64,000 nucleotides of DNA from an uncultured Anaerolineaceae bacterium (GCA_964606085.1 CAZSFD010000007.1:27234-91233), one strand, 5' to 3'; shown: positions 1 to 9,408, counted from the stretch's first letter. The notes: generated from the sequence alone by a model not told the origin. Translations and numbers: made by a program.

Positions 1-698
1 TGGCCGACTCGCTGCAAAGCGCCGAAGAGACCCGCCGCGCCCTCACCGCCGACATCGCCCACGAGTTGCGCACGCCCCTGGCCGTCCAGCGCGCCAACCT
101 CGAAGCCATGCAAGATGGCGTTTTCCCGCTGACCCCCGAAAACCTGCAACCGGTTCTCGACCAAAACCTGCTGCTCACCCGCCTGGTCGAAGACCTGCGC
201 ACCCTGGCCCTGGCCGACAGCGGCCAACTGCACCTCGAACGCACACCCACCGAGTTCGCCACCCTTATTCGCAACGTGGTTGAGCGTTTCACCCCATCGG
301 CGGCCTCGCGGCGGGTGCAGCTTTTCGCCGAACTGCCCGAAGCGCCGATCCGCTTTATCCAGGTTGATCCACTGCGCATCGAACAAATCCTCAACAATCT
401 GATCTCCAATGCCCTGCGCCACACCCCCAACGGCGGTTTGATCACCTGTCACCTGGCAGATGGCAACCCGCTGGTCTTTACCATCCATGATAGCGGCCCT
501 GGCATCCCGCCCGAAGCCCTGCCGCACATCTTCGACCGCTTCTACCGCGCCGATAAATCGCGCAGCCGCACCGAAGGCGGCTCTGGCCTCGGCCTGGCGA
601 TAGCCCGCCAACTGGCCGAAGCCCACGGCGGCACGCTCACCGCCGCCAACCACCCGCAAGGCGGCGCCCTGTTCACCCTCACCTTGCCCGCAGCATAA
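1..698 (+). CDS. Sensor histidine kinase, C-terminal part (5' end cut by window edge)
   Basis: Frame 3 is open from nt 3. H-box IAHELRTPL lies at the very start. N box [12 protein letters not shown]1 HDSGPGI and G2 [10 protein letters not shown] indicate HisKA + HATPase_c. Confidence 0.9.
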   Translation, partial: ADSLQSAEETRRALTADIAHELRTPLAVQRANLEAMQDGVFPLTPENLQPVLDQNLLLTRLVEDLRTLALADSGQLHLERTPTEFATLIRNVVERFTPSAASRRVQLFAELPEAPIRFIQVDPLRIEQILNNLISNALRHTPNGGLITCHLADGNPLVFTIHDSGPGIPPEALPHIFDRFYRADKSRSRTEGGSGLGLAIARQLAEAHGGTLTAANHPQGGALFTLTLPAA

Positions 699-817
699 CC
701 TGAACGGGCGACCCTTCCTTGCATGGCAGAACATCCCACGGCCCGATACCTTTGCCAGACCGTGGTTCAATCTGCTCTGGCGGGTCGTCCCTGGCTTATA
801 AAAACACTGTCCTTACC

Positions 818-1294
818 GTGAAACCCAACAACATCACCCGCCTGCTCGACTCGCGAAAAATCGCCTACACGGCCTTCGAACTGAGCGCCGAGAAGCACAG
901 CGCTCTCGAAACCGCCCAAATGCTTGGCGTGCCAGCAGAGATCGTCTTCAAGACTATCGTTGTGACGCGCGAAAGCAAGGGCAAACCCATTTTGGCGGTC
1001 ATCCCAGGCCCCTACACAGTAGATTTGAAGCTACTAGCCAAAGCCGTTGGCGAAAAGAAACTGGTTATCCCCACTGAAAAAGAAGCTGAACAACTCACCG
1101 GTTTGCAGGCGGGCGGCATCTCGCCTCTGGCCCTGCTCAACCGCGGCTTCCAAATGGTTCTCGACGAAACCGCCCAACTTTTCGACGAAATTCACATCTC
1201 CGGCGGCCAACGCGGCCTCAACCTGCGCCTGCCTGTGACCGCCCTGGTCGCTCTGATCGATCCGCTGATCGCCGAAATCAGTCGCGAAGCATAA
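818..1294 (+). CDS. ybaK: YbaK/EbsC-family aminoacyl-tRNA deacylase
   Basis: A 158-aa product from GTG 818 is typical for the family. Family-like stretches: NITRLLDSRKIAYTAFE, ILAVIPG, GGISPLAL, ISGGQRGLNLRL. The longer TTG-719 start adds an implausible N-terminus. Confidence 0.75.
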   Translation: MKPNNITRLLDSRKIAYTAFELSAEKHSALETAQMLGVPAEIVFKTIVVTRESKGKPILAVIPGPYTVDLKLLAKAVGEKKLVIPTEKEAEQLTGLQAGGISPLALLNRGFQMVLDETAQLFDEIHISGGQRGLNLRLPVTALVALIDPLIAEISREA

Positions 1295-1303
1295 CCGTTA
1301 GAA

Positions 1304-1388
1304 GTAAGTCAAAGGTCGAAAGTCACAGGTCAAAAAACTTGCTTCTGACCTTCGACCTGCTACCTGCCACCCGCCACCCGCCACGCCT
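1304..1388. repeat. Inverted heptamer-repeat arrays between ybaK and plsC
   Basis: gtaagtc aaaggtc gaaagtc acaggtc aaaaaac (1304-38) faces gaccttc gacctgc tacctgc cacccgc cacccgc (1347-81). The segments 1313-25 and 1346-58 pair at 12 of 13 positions. Confidence 0.85.
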
Positions 1389-2061
1389 CCCCATTCTCTT
1401 CCAACAACGCTTTCAGCCGCGGATGCTCGGCGTAGAAGCCGCGATACCTGGGTGGTATTTGGGCGGCGATGCGGCACATGATTTCGTCGGTGGCGGCTTT
1501 AAGCTGCGTATCGCGGTCGGCCTTCTCGTCGAGCGGGGGCAGCGTGTAGGCTTGGCCCACGTTGGCAATCGCTTTCGGGCGGCGCAGGCGTTTGAAGGCG
1601 GCCTGCACGGCGCTATCTTCCGTCCCCCACACCCCCACCGGGATCACCGGAACCCCCATCTTCAACACCAAATAACTCGCCCCCAGCTTGCCTTCGATCA
1701 GGGCTTCGGTTTTGCTGCGCGTGCCTTCGGGGGCAATGACCAGCATGTTGCCGGCCTTCAGGCGTTTGAGCAGTTCGCGCATCGTTTTGAAATCGGCGTT
1801 GTCGCGGTCAATCCACACCCCATTCAACACGGTCATCGCATAGCTCAAGCCCGGCACTTTTTTGTATTTATCGGCGGCAATGATGGTGACGTCTTCGCGG
1901 TTGAGATAGGTGAAGGGCAAAAAAGCATCCAGGCGGCCCAGGTGGTTGCCCGTGCCAACGCAAGCGCCGCTGGCGGGGAAGTTTTCCAGGCCGTAGACCT
2001 TGATGTCGGTGGTCAGGCCCATGACAAAGCGGATGATCGAACGGAGTGTTTGTGGTTTCAT
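1360..2061 (-). CDS. plsC: 1-acyl-sn-glycerol-3-phosphate acyltransferase (PlsC/LPLAT family)
   Basis: HX4D motif (GNHLGRLD) and the APEGTRS motif are present. Start chosen at MKPQTL. The last codons overlap a heptamer repeat array. Confidence 0.8.
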   Translation of the reverse strand: MKPQTLRSIIRFVMGLTTDIKVYGLENFPASGACVGTGNHLGRLDAFLPFTYLNREDVTIIAADKYKKVPGLSYAMTVLNGVWIDRDNADFKTMRELLKRLKAGNMLVIAPEGTRSKTEALIEGKLGASYLVLKMGVPVIPVGVWGTEDSAVQAAFKRLRRPKAIANVGQAYTLPPLDEKADRDTQLKAATDEIMCRIAAQIPPRYRGFYAEHPRLKALLEENGEAWRVAGGR

Positions 2062-2138
2062 GCAACCCTCGCAACAGAGATTTTCCATCTGCGTACAGGA
2101 TGTAGCGCTGTGATTTTAACCCAAAAAGGATGATCCCC

Positions 2139-3386
2139 ATGACCATATCCATCCATGAAGATACGCTCTCTGTTGATGAAATTATCGCCAACGCCATGAA
2201 CACTTTGGCGCGCCTGTGGTGGGATTGCGCCATGACCCTGCCCGGTGAGCAGCCCCTTCGCAGCCGCACCGAGCAAAGCGCGGCCGAAGCTGAGATGGAT
2301 CGCTTCTTGCAGTCCGCTCAGGCGGTGCTGAGCAATCCACCGCACAGCCAGGCCGAACAGATGGCCGTGCGAGAACGCCTGTTTCCGGTGGCCCGCCACG
2401 CCGCACAGGTGATCTTCGGTCTGCAAGCGGCTCACCTCGACGCCCTCGGCATGGACGATTTCGCCGAAATTGCCATCCAATTTTCACGCCAGGCGCGCCA
2501 GTTCGACCCGGCCATCAGCTTCGCCGATATTTACCAGGCCGCCCGCAACGTCATCACCACCAATATGCTGCAACGCCTGTGGGGGATGCCCGTGCGACTC
2601 AACCCGGCCATTTTTGCGTATAGTATGCTCTACCCCTATACCGATAATTACCTCGACGACCCGGCCCTTTCACGCGCCGAAAAGCGCGCTTTCAGCCAGC
2701 GCTTCAGCCTGCGGCTTGAAGGCGAGGCCGTGCAGCCCGCCAACGCCCACGAAGGGCGCATTTTCGATTTGGTGGGCATCATCGAAGGGGAGTACCCGCG
2801 CCCCGCTTTCCCCCAGGTTTTCGACAGCCTGCTCGCCATCCACCGGGCGCAGACGCGTTCGCTGGCGCTCTTGCAGCCTGGCGCCGCCCCCTACACGCTC
2901 GATGTGCTGGGCATCAGCCTCGAAAAAGGCGGCACGTCCACCCTGGCCGATGGCTACCTGATCAACGGCCACATCACGCCTTTACAGGCGCAATTTGCCT
3001 TTGGGCTGGGCGCGTTTTTGCAATTGGGCGATGATCTGGAAGATGTGCTGGACGACCGCCAGGCCGGCATCCAGACGTTGTTTGCCCAGGTGGCCGGCCA
3101 CTGGCCGCTGGACACGCTCACCAGCCGCACGATGCACTTTGGCCTGCATGTTTTCGACCTGCTTGACGACCTGGGCACGCCCCCCGAATTGTGCGAATTT
3201 GTGCGCCGCTGCACGTTCCAACCTTTCGTCAGCGCCATTCACCGCGGGCGCAGGCTGTACAGCCGGGAATACCTGCGCCAGGTGGAGCAGCGCTCGGCCT
3301 TCCGCTACGGCCATCTCGACCGCCAGAACCGCTGGCTGCATCGCTGGCAGAAATCCTTGGGGGCGGCGCTGGAAGGCGTTATGTAA
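2139..3386 (+). CDS. Hypothetical protein with two Asp-rich motifs (isoprenoid-synthase-like fold suspected)
   Basis: Long ORF with normal composition. AAAGGA lies 8 nt before ATG 2139. Motifs YPYTDNYLDD and FLQLGDDLEDVLDD resemble the first and second Asp-rich motifs of trans-prenyl/terpene synthases. Function unverified. Confidence 0.6.
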   Translation: MTISIHEDTLSVDEIIANAMNTLARLWWDCAMTLPGEQPLRSRTEQSAAEAEMDRFLQSAQAVLSNPPHSQAEQMAVRERLFPVARHAAQVIFGLQAAHLDALGMDDFAEIAIQFSRQARQFDPAISFADIYQAARNVITTNMLQRLWGMPVRLNPAIFAYSMLYPYTDNYLDDPALSRAEKRAFSQRFSLRLEGEAVQPANAHEGRIFDLVGIIEGEYPRPAFPQVFDSLLAIHRAQTRSLALLQPGAAPYTLDVLGISLEKGGTSTLADGYLINGHITPLQAQFAFGLGAFLQLGDDLEDVLDDRQAGIQTLFAQVAGHWPLDTLTSRTMHFGLHVFDLLDDLGTPPELCEFVRRCTFQPFVSAIHRGRRLYSREYLRQVEQRSAFRYGHLDRQNRWLHRWQKSLGAALEGVM

Positions 3387-3391
3387 GTGTT

Positions 3392-5668
3392 CTACCGATA
3401 GCCATAGCGCGCCATCGCCACCGATTGGATGGTCATTTCGGGGCTGATCTCCATTTCGAGCCAGGCCAGTTCTTGGCGCAGGGCTTCGAGCTGGGTCGAA
3501 TCGACCAGGAAAATATCGGGGTAGAGTACGCCCTTGAAGAAGGGCCTGAACCTGGCACTGCCTGAGAGGGCCTCGAAAACGAGGGTGTCGTAGCTGTGCA
3601 ACACGGTGATCTGTGACAATTCCACCTTGCGCCCACCCTCGGCCCACGAACGCAAGGCCAGCGCCAGCAAACGCGGCATTTCGGCCATCAGGCGTTCGTT
3701 CAGCAGGCGCAAAAGCTGGTCGGGCTTGCGTTTGGCGGCGATGGCGGCGCGCACGCTGTTGGCGGTCAGCCGCCAGTGGCCTTCGGGGGTGGGTTCGACC
3801 CAGGGGGTGAGTTGTGCTTCGATCAACAGGTCGCGGGTTTTGCTTTTCAATTGCAGCAGGCCATCTTCGCTGGCGGTCAGGCACTTGGGCAGCGCCATGC
3901 CATAGTTGAGGCGCGTGATGCCCTGCGGGGGGTGGCTGTATTGGGTCGGGTCGGTCAACAGCAGAAAACGCTCGCCAATCAAGGTTCCTTTGAGACCTTT
4001 TTTGCCGAAGGGCCCGTCGCGCATGGCGCGCTGGCGGGCTTTTTCGTTATCAAATTCGAGCAGGCTGGCGCGGCGGTAACAGGTCATGCGTTCGCGTAAG
4101 CCCGCCCACTCGGTCAGTTCAACGACCACGTTTTGCGGCAGGTCGGTGGCTGAACCGGCGCGCAGGCCGTCGAGCAGCCCCGCCAGCGTGGAGCCGCTTT
4201 CGAGACCGCGATAGACGGATTGGCGGGTAAGCAGGTAGTGGGCGGTATGCTGGTGGGCTTGCTGGCGTTCGGCGTGGCGTTCGATGAAGGCCAATTGCGC
4301 CGGGGTGGCCTGTTCGAGGTAGACGATCAGGTCAAAATTGGGCTGCACCACCCAGGTCGTTTGGCCTTCGGCAGATTGCAGGGAAACCGCCTCTGCCTCC
4401 GCTTTGGCCGGAGCAGAAGCAGCCAGGGTGGGATGGAATACGTCACAGCCCAGTTCGGTCAGGCGCATGGCGGCAACTCGCTCACCATCGCTGGCAAGTT
4501 CGACCACGCCGAGGAAATAAAGCCAGCTGCGCAGCGCCGCTTCGAGCCAGGCACGTTCAAGTTTGAGCCAGGCCGCCCGGCGCTGGGCGCGCCATTTGTT
4601 CTCCTGCTTGTCGTCATTCTCATAGCGCATATAGTAGGGGCGGGAGGAATTGCCATCGAGCGAAAAATATTCGCCGGCGCGGTGGTAGAGCGCCTGTTCA
4701 AAATCATCTACCGAAAAGAATGGATGGCCCTCGAGCGGCAAGGCGCTTAACCCCAGGGTCAGCATCAAACGCCCGGCCATGCGGTGTGTGCCATATTGAT
4801 CGAACCAGCGGCTGGGTTCGGGGATTTCCAACCAGTTGGCTGAACGCACCAGGCCATAGAGCAAAATGCGCACCTGCTCGTGGACGGGCCGGTCGGCAAA
4901 GGTCATCAAGGGTTCGGCCAGCACCAGGCGTTCTTCGCTGGCGCTCATCAACCCCGAACGGGCCAGGGCATGCACCCAGGCTTCGGTGGGGTCGGGCATG
5001 GCAAAGCCATCGAGCGTGATGCCCGTTTCGGGCCAGCGCAGGGTTTTGCGCAGTTTTTTGATCTCGGTGGCGCGGATCAGGCCGGTTTTGGTCAGCAGCA
5101 GGCCGCCGATCTGGTCAACCGCCTGCAACACGCCTAACAGGTCAAGGGCCACAACAGCCGGGCGGCGGAAACTGGTGTGTTCGGGCGTGCCGATGGTGGG
5201 CAGGGTCAACGGGGCAACATTGACATAGCCAGAGACCTGGAGCAGCCGCAGGTCGCTCCAGATGATGTTGGAGGAGTATTCGGTGAAATAGGCGGGGTTG
5301 TATTGGTAATTGCTCAACACCAGGCCGCGTTTGAACAGGCGGCTGACCAGTTCTTTGGCATCGAGCGGCATTTTGCGGGCGTTGGTGGGCAGGTCGCCGC
5401 CGGCGGCAATCAGCCCTAAACCGAGTATCTCGTAATTCGTGGTGCCGCCCATGTAACGCAAGATAGCCAGGGCGTTGCGTTCCCAGGTAGGCAGCGCCTC
5501 GACGGCGGCCTTGACCTTGTAGGGGTCTTTCAGGCCATCCACAACGATTTTGGCCGCCTCGCCTTTCGATATATTCGACCTGCCGCCCCACAGCCGCGCC
5601 ATTGCCTTCACTTCGGGGGCGTTGATCATATCGAGGTAGGTATCGAAATGCAGGCTCGTATCGTCCAT
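3392..5668 (-). CDS. XPB-associated large protein E with C-terminal XPB-NTD / TFIIH p52(Tfb2)-like module
   Basis: 758 aa, last gene of the XPB operon; its ATG directly abuts the stop of the 65-aa ORF. Motifs: WVVQPNFDLIVY, LTRQSVYRGLESG, LPQNVVVELTEW. Size and position recall the about 750-aa neighbour of mycobacterial XPB (from memory). Confidence 0.8.
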   Translation of the reverse strand: MDDTSLHFDTYLDMINAPEVKAMARLWGGRSNISKGEAAKIVVDGLKDPYKVKAAVEALPTWERNALAILRYMGGTTNYEILGLGLIAAGGDLPTNARKMPLDAKELVSRLFKRGLVLSNYQYNPAYFTEYSSNIIWSDLRLLQVSGYVNVAPLTLPTIGTPEHTSFRRPAVVALDLLGVLQAVDQIGGLLLTKTGLIRATEIKKLRKTLRWPETGITLDGFAMPDPTEAWVHALARSGLMSASEERLVLAEPLMTFADRPVHEQVRILLYGLVRSANWLEIPEPSRWFDQYGTHRMAGRLMLTLGLSALPLEGHPFFSVDDFEQALYHRAGEYFSLDGNSSRPYYMRYENDDKQENKWRAQRRAAWLKLERAWLEAALRSWLYFLGVVELASDGERVAAMRLTELGCDVFHPTLAASAPAKAEAEAVSLQSAEGQTTWVVQPNFDLIVYLEQATPAQLAFIERHAERQQAHQHTAHYLLTRQSVYRGLESGSTLAGLLDGLRAGSATDLPQNVVVELTEWAGLRERMTCYRRASLLEFDNEKARQRAMRDGPFGKKGLKGTLIGERFLLLTDPTQYSHPPQGITRLNYGMALPKCLTASEDGLLQLKSKTRDLLIEAQLTPWVEPTPEGHWRLTANSVRAAIAAKRKPDQLLRLLNERLMAEMPRLLALALRSWAEGGRKVELSQITVLHSYDTLVFEALSGSARFRPFFKGVLYPDIFLVDSTQLEALRQELAWLEMEISPEMTIQSVAMARYGYR

Positions 5669-5866
5669 CTACTCGATCACTTTCGGGGTGTGGCCCTGCT
5701 TGAGCAGGCGGTTGAGCAGCGTGTCGAACTGGCCGGGGGCCACGATGGCCACGCAGTCAGACAGGCGCGTGAGCAGATAGACCGCCGTGCGCGGGTCTGC
5801 GTACAGGTCGTCGAGAATGTGGGCGTCGGCTACTTCGATCAGGGGGAGGTTGTCGTGGAGGATCAT
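5669..5866 (-). CDS. 65-aa protein D, stand-alone copy of the terminal beta-alpha-beta unit of the XPB-NTD/p52 module (p8/Tfb5-sized)
   Basis: ATGA overlap with the XPB stop and TAG-ATG abutment with gene E indicate translational coupling. Its sequence LPLIEVADAHILDDL...VAIVAPGQFDTLLNRLLKQGHTP parallels XPB residues NLILVGEDAILITEI...LLVRPGMRGHIKQALLQVGYP. Confidence 0.6.
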   Translation of the reverse strand: MILHDNLPLIEVADAHILDDLYADPRTAVYLLTRLSDCVAIVAPGQFDTLLNRLLKQGHTPKVIE

Positions 5867-7557
5867 GCCTGCAAAACTTCATCTTCATACAAAATTTCGT
5901 ATTTGTAGCCCTGCTCGGTGAGGAAGCGTTGGCGGTTGGCGTTGAAGGTCTGGTCTACGGTGTCGCGGGTGACGATGGTGTAGAAGTGCGCCATCGCGCC
6001 GTCGCTTTTGGGGCGCAGGATGCGTCCGAGGCGCTGGGCTTCTTCCTGGCGGCTGCCGAACGTGCCAGAGATTTCGATGGCCACATTGGCATCGGGCAGG
6101 TCAATGCTGAAATTAGCCACCTTCGAGACGACCAGGCGCTTCACTTCACCGGTACGGAATTTGGCATAGAGCTTTTCGCGCTCGCGCACGGGCGTTTCGC
6201 CAGTGATCAGCGGGGCCTCAAGGGCGGCAGCAACCTGGTTGAGCTGGTCGAGGTAAGTGCCGATGATCAGCAGGTTTTCGTGGGCGTGACGGTTGATGAT
6301 GGCCTTCAGCATCGGCAGCTTGCGCGGGTTGTGGGCGGCAATGGGGTATTTTTCGCGCTGGTCGGCCATGGCGTAGATCATGCGCCAATCATCATCGAGC
6401 GGGATGCGTACCTCGTGGCAGGCGGCGGTGGCGATCCAGCCCTGTTTTTCCATATCTTTCCAGGGCACATCGTATTTTTTGGGGCCGATCAGCGAGAAGA
6501 CATCGCCTTCGAGGTTGTCTTCGCGCACCAGCGTGGCCGTCAGCCCCAGGCGGCGGCGGGCCTGCAACTCGGCGGTGATGCGGAATACCGGGGCGGGAAG
6601 CAGATGCACTTCGTCGTAAATCACCAGCCCCCAGTTGCGGGCGTTGAACAACTCGAAGTGGGGGTATTCGGCGTCGGCGCCTTTGGTACCACGCTTGCGA
6701 TAGGTGAGAATTTGATAGGTGCTGACCGTGACCGGACGGATGTCTTTTTGCAGGCCAGAGTATTCGCCCACCTGGTCTTCGGTGAGGGTGGTTTTATCAA
6801 TCAACTCGCTCATCCACTGGCGCACGGCCACGGTGTTGGGCGTGAGGATCAGCGTGGAGGCCTGTAACTGGTGCATGGCGGCCATGCCGACGATGGTCTT
6901 GCCGGCCCCGCAGGGCAGCACAATCGTGCCACTGCCGCCGCGCGACGAGCCTTCGGCATGGAAGACGGCCGCGGCCTCCTGCTGGTATTTGCGCAGGTTG
7001 AACGGACGCCCGCCCAGCGTAAGCGGGCGCAGTTCGATAGGCAGCGCCTCGCCCACCACATATCCGGCCAGGTCTTCGACCGGGTAGCCGACTTGCAAGA
7101 GCGCCTGCTTGATGTGGCCGCGCATCCCTGGCCTGACCAGCAAGCGCGTGGCATCGAGCTGCTGCCCGATAAAGGGCTGCACCTTTTTATGGCGCACAAT
7201 TTCGGTGATGAGGATGGCGTCTTCGCCGACCAAAATCAGGTTTTCGCCTTCTTTGATCAGCTTCACCCGGCCATAGCGCCCCATGTAATCTTCGATGTCG
7301 CGCACCACATTGCCGGGCAGGTCATACTTGGCATAGTCGCGCAGCCCGCTGACGATCTGCGCCGCCGAAAAGCCTGACGAGGCCGCATTCCACAGCGAGA
7401 GCGGCGTAACGCGGTAGGTGTGGATGTATTCGGGCGATTTTTCCAACTCGGCAAAGCGCGCCAGCACGTCGCGAGCGGGAGTGTAGTTTTCGTTATTGAC
7501 TTCGAGCAGGATGGTTTTGTCACCCTGGACGATGATGGGGTTGGATGCGTTGAACAT
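5863..7557 (-). CDS. xpb: XPB/Ssl2 (ERCC3/Rad25)-type SF2 DNA helicase
   Basis: Walker A CGAGKT, DEVH box (YDEVHLLPA) and the XPB-specific RED motif (TATLVRED) are present. The N-terminal domain has IIVQGDKTILLEV and LPGNVVRDIEDY. Length 564 aa. Confidence 0.9.
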   Translation of the reverse strand: MFNASNPIIVQGDKTILLEVNNENYTPARDVLARFAELEKSPEYIHTYRVTPLSLWNAASSGFSAAQIVSGLRDYAKYDLPGNVVRDIEDYMGRYGRVKLIKEGENLILVGEDAILITEIVRHKKVQPFIGQQLDATRLLVRPGMRGHIKQALLQVGYPVEDLAGYVVGEALPIELRPLTLGGRPFNLRKYQQEAAAVFHAEGSSRGGSGTIVLPCGAGKTIVGMAAMHQLQASTLILTPNTVAVRQWMSELIDKTTLTEDQVGEYSGLQKDIRPVTVSTYQILTYRKRGTKGADAEYPHFELFNARNWGLVIYDEVHLLPAPVFRITAELQARRRLGLTATLVREDNLEGDVFSLIGPKKYDVPWKDMEKQGWIATAACHEVRIPLDDDWRMIYAMADQREKYPIAAHNPRKLPMLKAIINRHAHENLLIIGTYLDQLNQVAAALEAPLITGETPVREREKLYAKFRTGEVKRLVVSKVANFSIDLPDANVAIEISGTFGSRQEEAQRLGRILRPKSDGAMAHFYTIVTRDTVDQTFNANRQRFLTEQGYKYEILYEDEVLQA

Positions 7558-7592
7558 GGGGGAGGGGGGTAAGTCGTTATTGGTTGTTAGTT

Positions 7593-7657
7593 ATTCGATA
7601 TTCGATATTCGATATTCGGTGTTCGAGTAACGAATATCGAATTATCGAATATCGAAT
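7593..7657. repeat. AT-rich heptamer-repeat palindrome inside the XPB operon
   Basis: attcgat x3 + attcg (7593-7618) is the near-perfect reverse complement of cgaatatcgaattatcgaatatcgaat (7631-7657), with one extra t. The loop is 12 nt. Confidence 0.9.
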
Positions 7658-7665
7658 TCGGCTGA

Positions 7666-9408
7666 TTAAGCATTCATATCCATAATTTCAGGAGTATAGG
7701 CGTCGGCGAATTGGGCGATGGCCTGCTCGAAACGCGGCCAGTGAACTTGCGAGAGGGTGATGGTGCGCAGGGTTGTATCGGGTTGGAAGGGGCAGCGCAG
7801 TTCGGCCAGCGCCAGTCGGAAGGCGTCGAACGCTTCGGCGCTGGGGAAGGTGATGGTGATGGAGGTCTGGCGTTTGAGCGGCAGCACTTGTGGGCCAACG
7901 GGCTGCGCCGGGGCCGGGGGGATTTCTTTGGGGAAGAGGCTTTGGGCGGCTTCGGGAAGCGGCAGGAAGCTGGCTGACAGGTGAGCGGCAATCAGCGGAA
8001 CGCATCCGGCGCTTTCGAGGCCGGCAGCCAGTTGCTCGGCGTGGCGCACCAGGGCCAGCCCCGGGGCGATGCGCTCGGCGATGTGGTCAGACACGCCCGG
8101 CAGGGTGAGATCGCCCTCGAACAGGCCGATATTCTCGTACAGGGTGAACTGGTCGGCGTGGCCGCTCCATTCTTCCAGTTCGGCCAGCACGTTGGGCGGC
8201 AGGTCGCGCCCGCTCATCTGGCGCAGCAGGGCAATCACGGCTAAATCGGGCTGGCGCACCAGTTCGGCGGCCACCAAGTCCTTTTTCAGGCGTAAGATCG
8301 TCACCGAGGCCCCCACCACGCCGCCAGGCTGCGAGATGGTTTCGGTCAGCGGGCGAAGCTGCTGCATCACTTTGGTGGGGTAAATTTCGGCCTCGACGAT
8401 GACATCGAAGTTGGGCTGCACGGTGACGTTGGGCTGCATCGTCTCGCCGCGCATCAGACGCAGGAAGCGCTCTTGCACACGGAAGGCTTTGAGAACGCCG
8501 CGCTCAGGGCGCGCGCCCTCGTAACGGGCGGGGGCATAGGCTACATCCACAAAACGCAGGACAAGCGGGATGTATTCGAGAAAACGCTCGACGTAGCGGC
8601 CTTCCACACGCTCGAAGGCATCGGGGTCGCTTTCGGCGATCGGTTCGCGGTTGAGGTCCCAATCGGTGCGGCCTTCATAGAAGTTATCGTAGCGTTTGGA
8701 CTTATTGCCCCAGCGGTCGGCTTTGATTTTTTCGGGAATGAGGAAAAAAGGGTGCTGCTGCTTCAAATGGGCAATCAGGGCTGCGGTGCTGTACCACACC
8801 CCTGGCTGACACTGCTGCAAGACTTCGAGCAAAAAGCGGCGTACGCGCACAAAGTCAATCGAGGGCATCACACCCACGGCTGAACCGCGCACCGCAAAAT
8901 GATCCAGGCGGCCCAAAATGGCGGGGGTATAAAATTCGTTGCGCGGCGAGGGGTAAGCGCCGCCCGTATTCACTTCGTTGATCAGGATTTCGAGCAGCCG
9001 CTTTTCTTGCTCGGCGGGGGTCAGTTCGAGAAAGGCGTGCAAAACCTTCTCACTGACAGCAATGTAATTTTCAGTGAACGATGGTTCGCTGCTGGAGTAG
9101 CCGCGGTAAGTGCCTTTGACATCGTACCCGGCCAGCCCGGCCAGCCAGGCCAGGTGGTCAATGAAGTCAATCCAGCTTAAGCGCTGGCTGGCGTAAACGG
9201 CGTTGTCGAAGCGCGGTGAGCCGAGGGCTTTGTCGAGGCGGTTGAGGTCGGCCTGGGGAATCTGGTTGGTGCGCGTCATGCGTTTGACGCTGCGCGTGCG
9301 CATGTAATCGAGGTAGATCAGCAAGTCTTCAAGCAGGTCGCGGTCGTTGCTGGCAATGCTCAGGCCGTCAACGGGCATCTCTTCGAGGGCGAGGGGCGGC
9401 TTGCTCAT
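7666..9408 (-). CDS. XPB-associated large protein B with XPB-NTD / p52-like module
   Basis: 580 aa, with ATGA overlap to upstream gene A. Motifs VTVQPNFDVIVE and LPPNVLAELEEW are followed by a beta-alpha-beta tail. No nuclease or NTPase motif was seen. Confidence 0.8.
   Translation of the reverse strand: MSKPPLALEEMPVDGLSIASNDRDLLEDLLIYLDYMRTRSVKRMTRTNQIPQADLNRLDKALGSPRFDNAVYASQRLSWIDFIDHLAWLAGLAGYDVKGTYRGYSSSEPSFTENYIAVSEKVLHAFLELTPAEQEKRLLEILINEVNTGGAYPSPRNEFYTPAILGRLDHFAVRGSAVGVMPSIDFVRVRRFLLEVLQQCQPGVWYSTAALIAHLKQQHPFFLIPEKIKADRWGNKSKRYDNFYEGRTDWDLNREPIAESDPDAFERVEGRYVERFLEYIPLVLRFVDVAYAPARYEGARPERGVLKAFRVQERFLRLMRGETMQPNVTVQPNFDVIVEAEIYPTKVMQQLRPLTETISQPGGVVGASVTILRLKKDLVAAELVRQPDLAVIALLRQMSGRDLPPNVLAELEEWSGHADQFTLYENIGLFEGDLTLPGVSDHIAERIAPGLALVRHAEQLAAGLESAGCVPLIAAHLSASFLPLPEAAQSLFPKEIPPAPAQPVGPQVLPLKRQTSITITFPSAEAFDAFRLALAELRCPFQPDTTLRTITLSQVHWPRFEQAIAQFADAYTPEIMDMNA

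Noticed and set aside
1339-2133. 264-aa plus-strand ORF antisense to plsC
   Set aside because: The opposite strand encodes a recognisable acyltransferase with HX4D and PEGTRS motifs. This ORF is Arg/Gly/Ala/His-rich, the typical shadow ORF of GC-rich DNA.
7593-7657. Possible CRISPR-like array or dedicated operator of the XPB operon
   Set aside because: It is not CRISPR, because the units are 7 nt with no spacers. The dedicated-operator idea is downgraded, not excluded, because similar heptamer arrays occur in unrelated spacers of this window.
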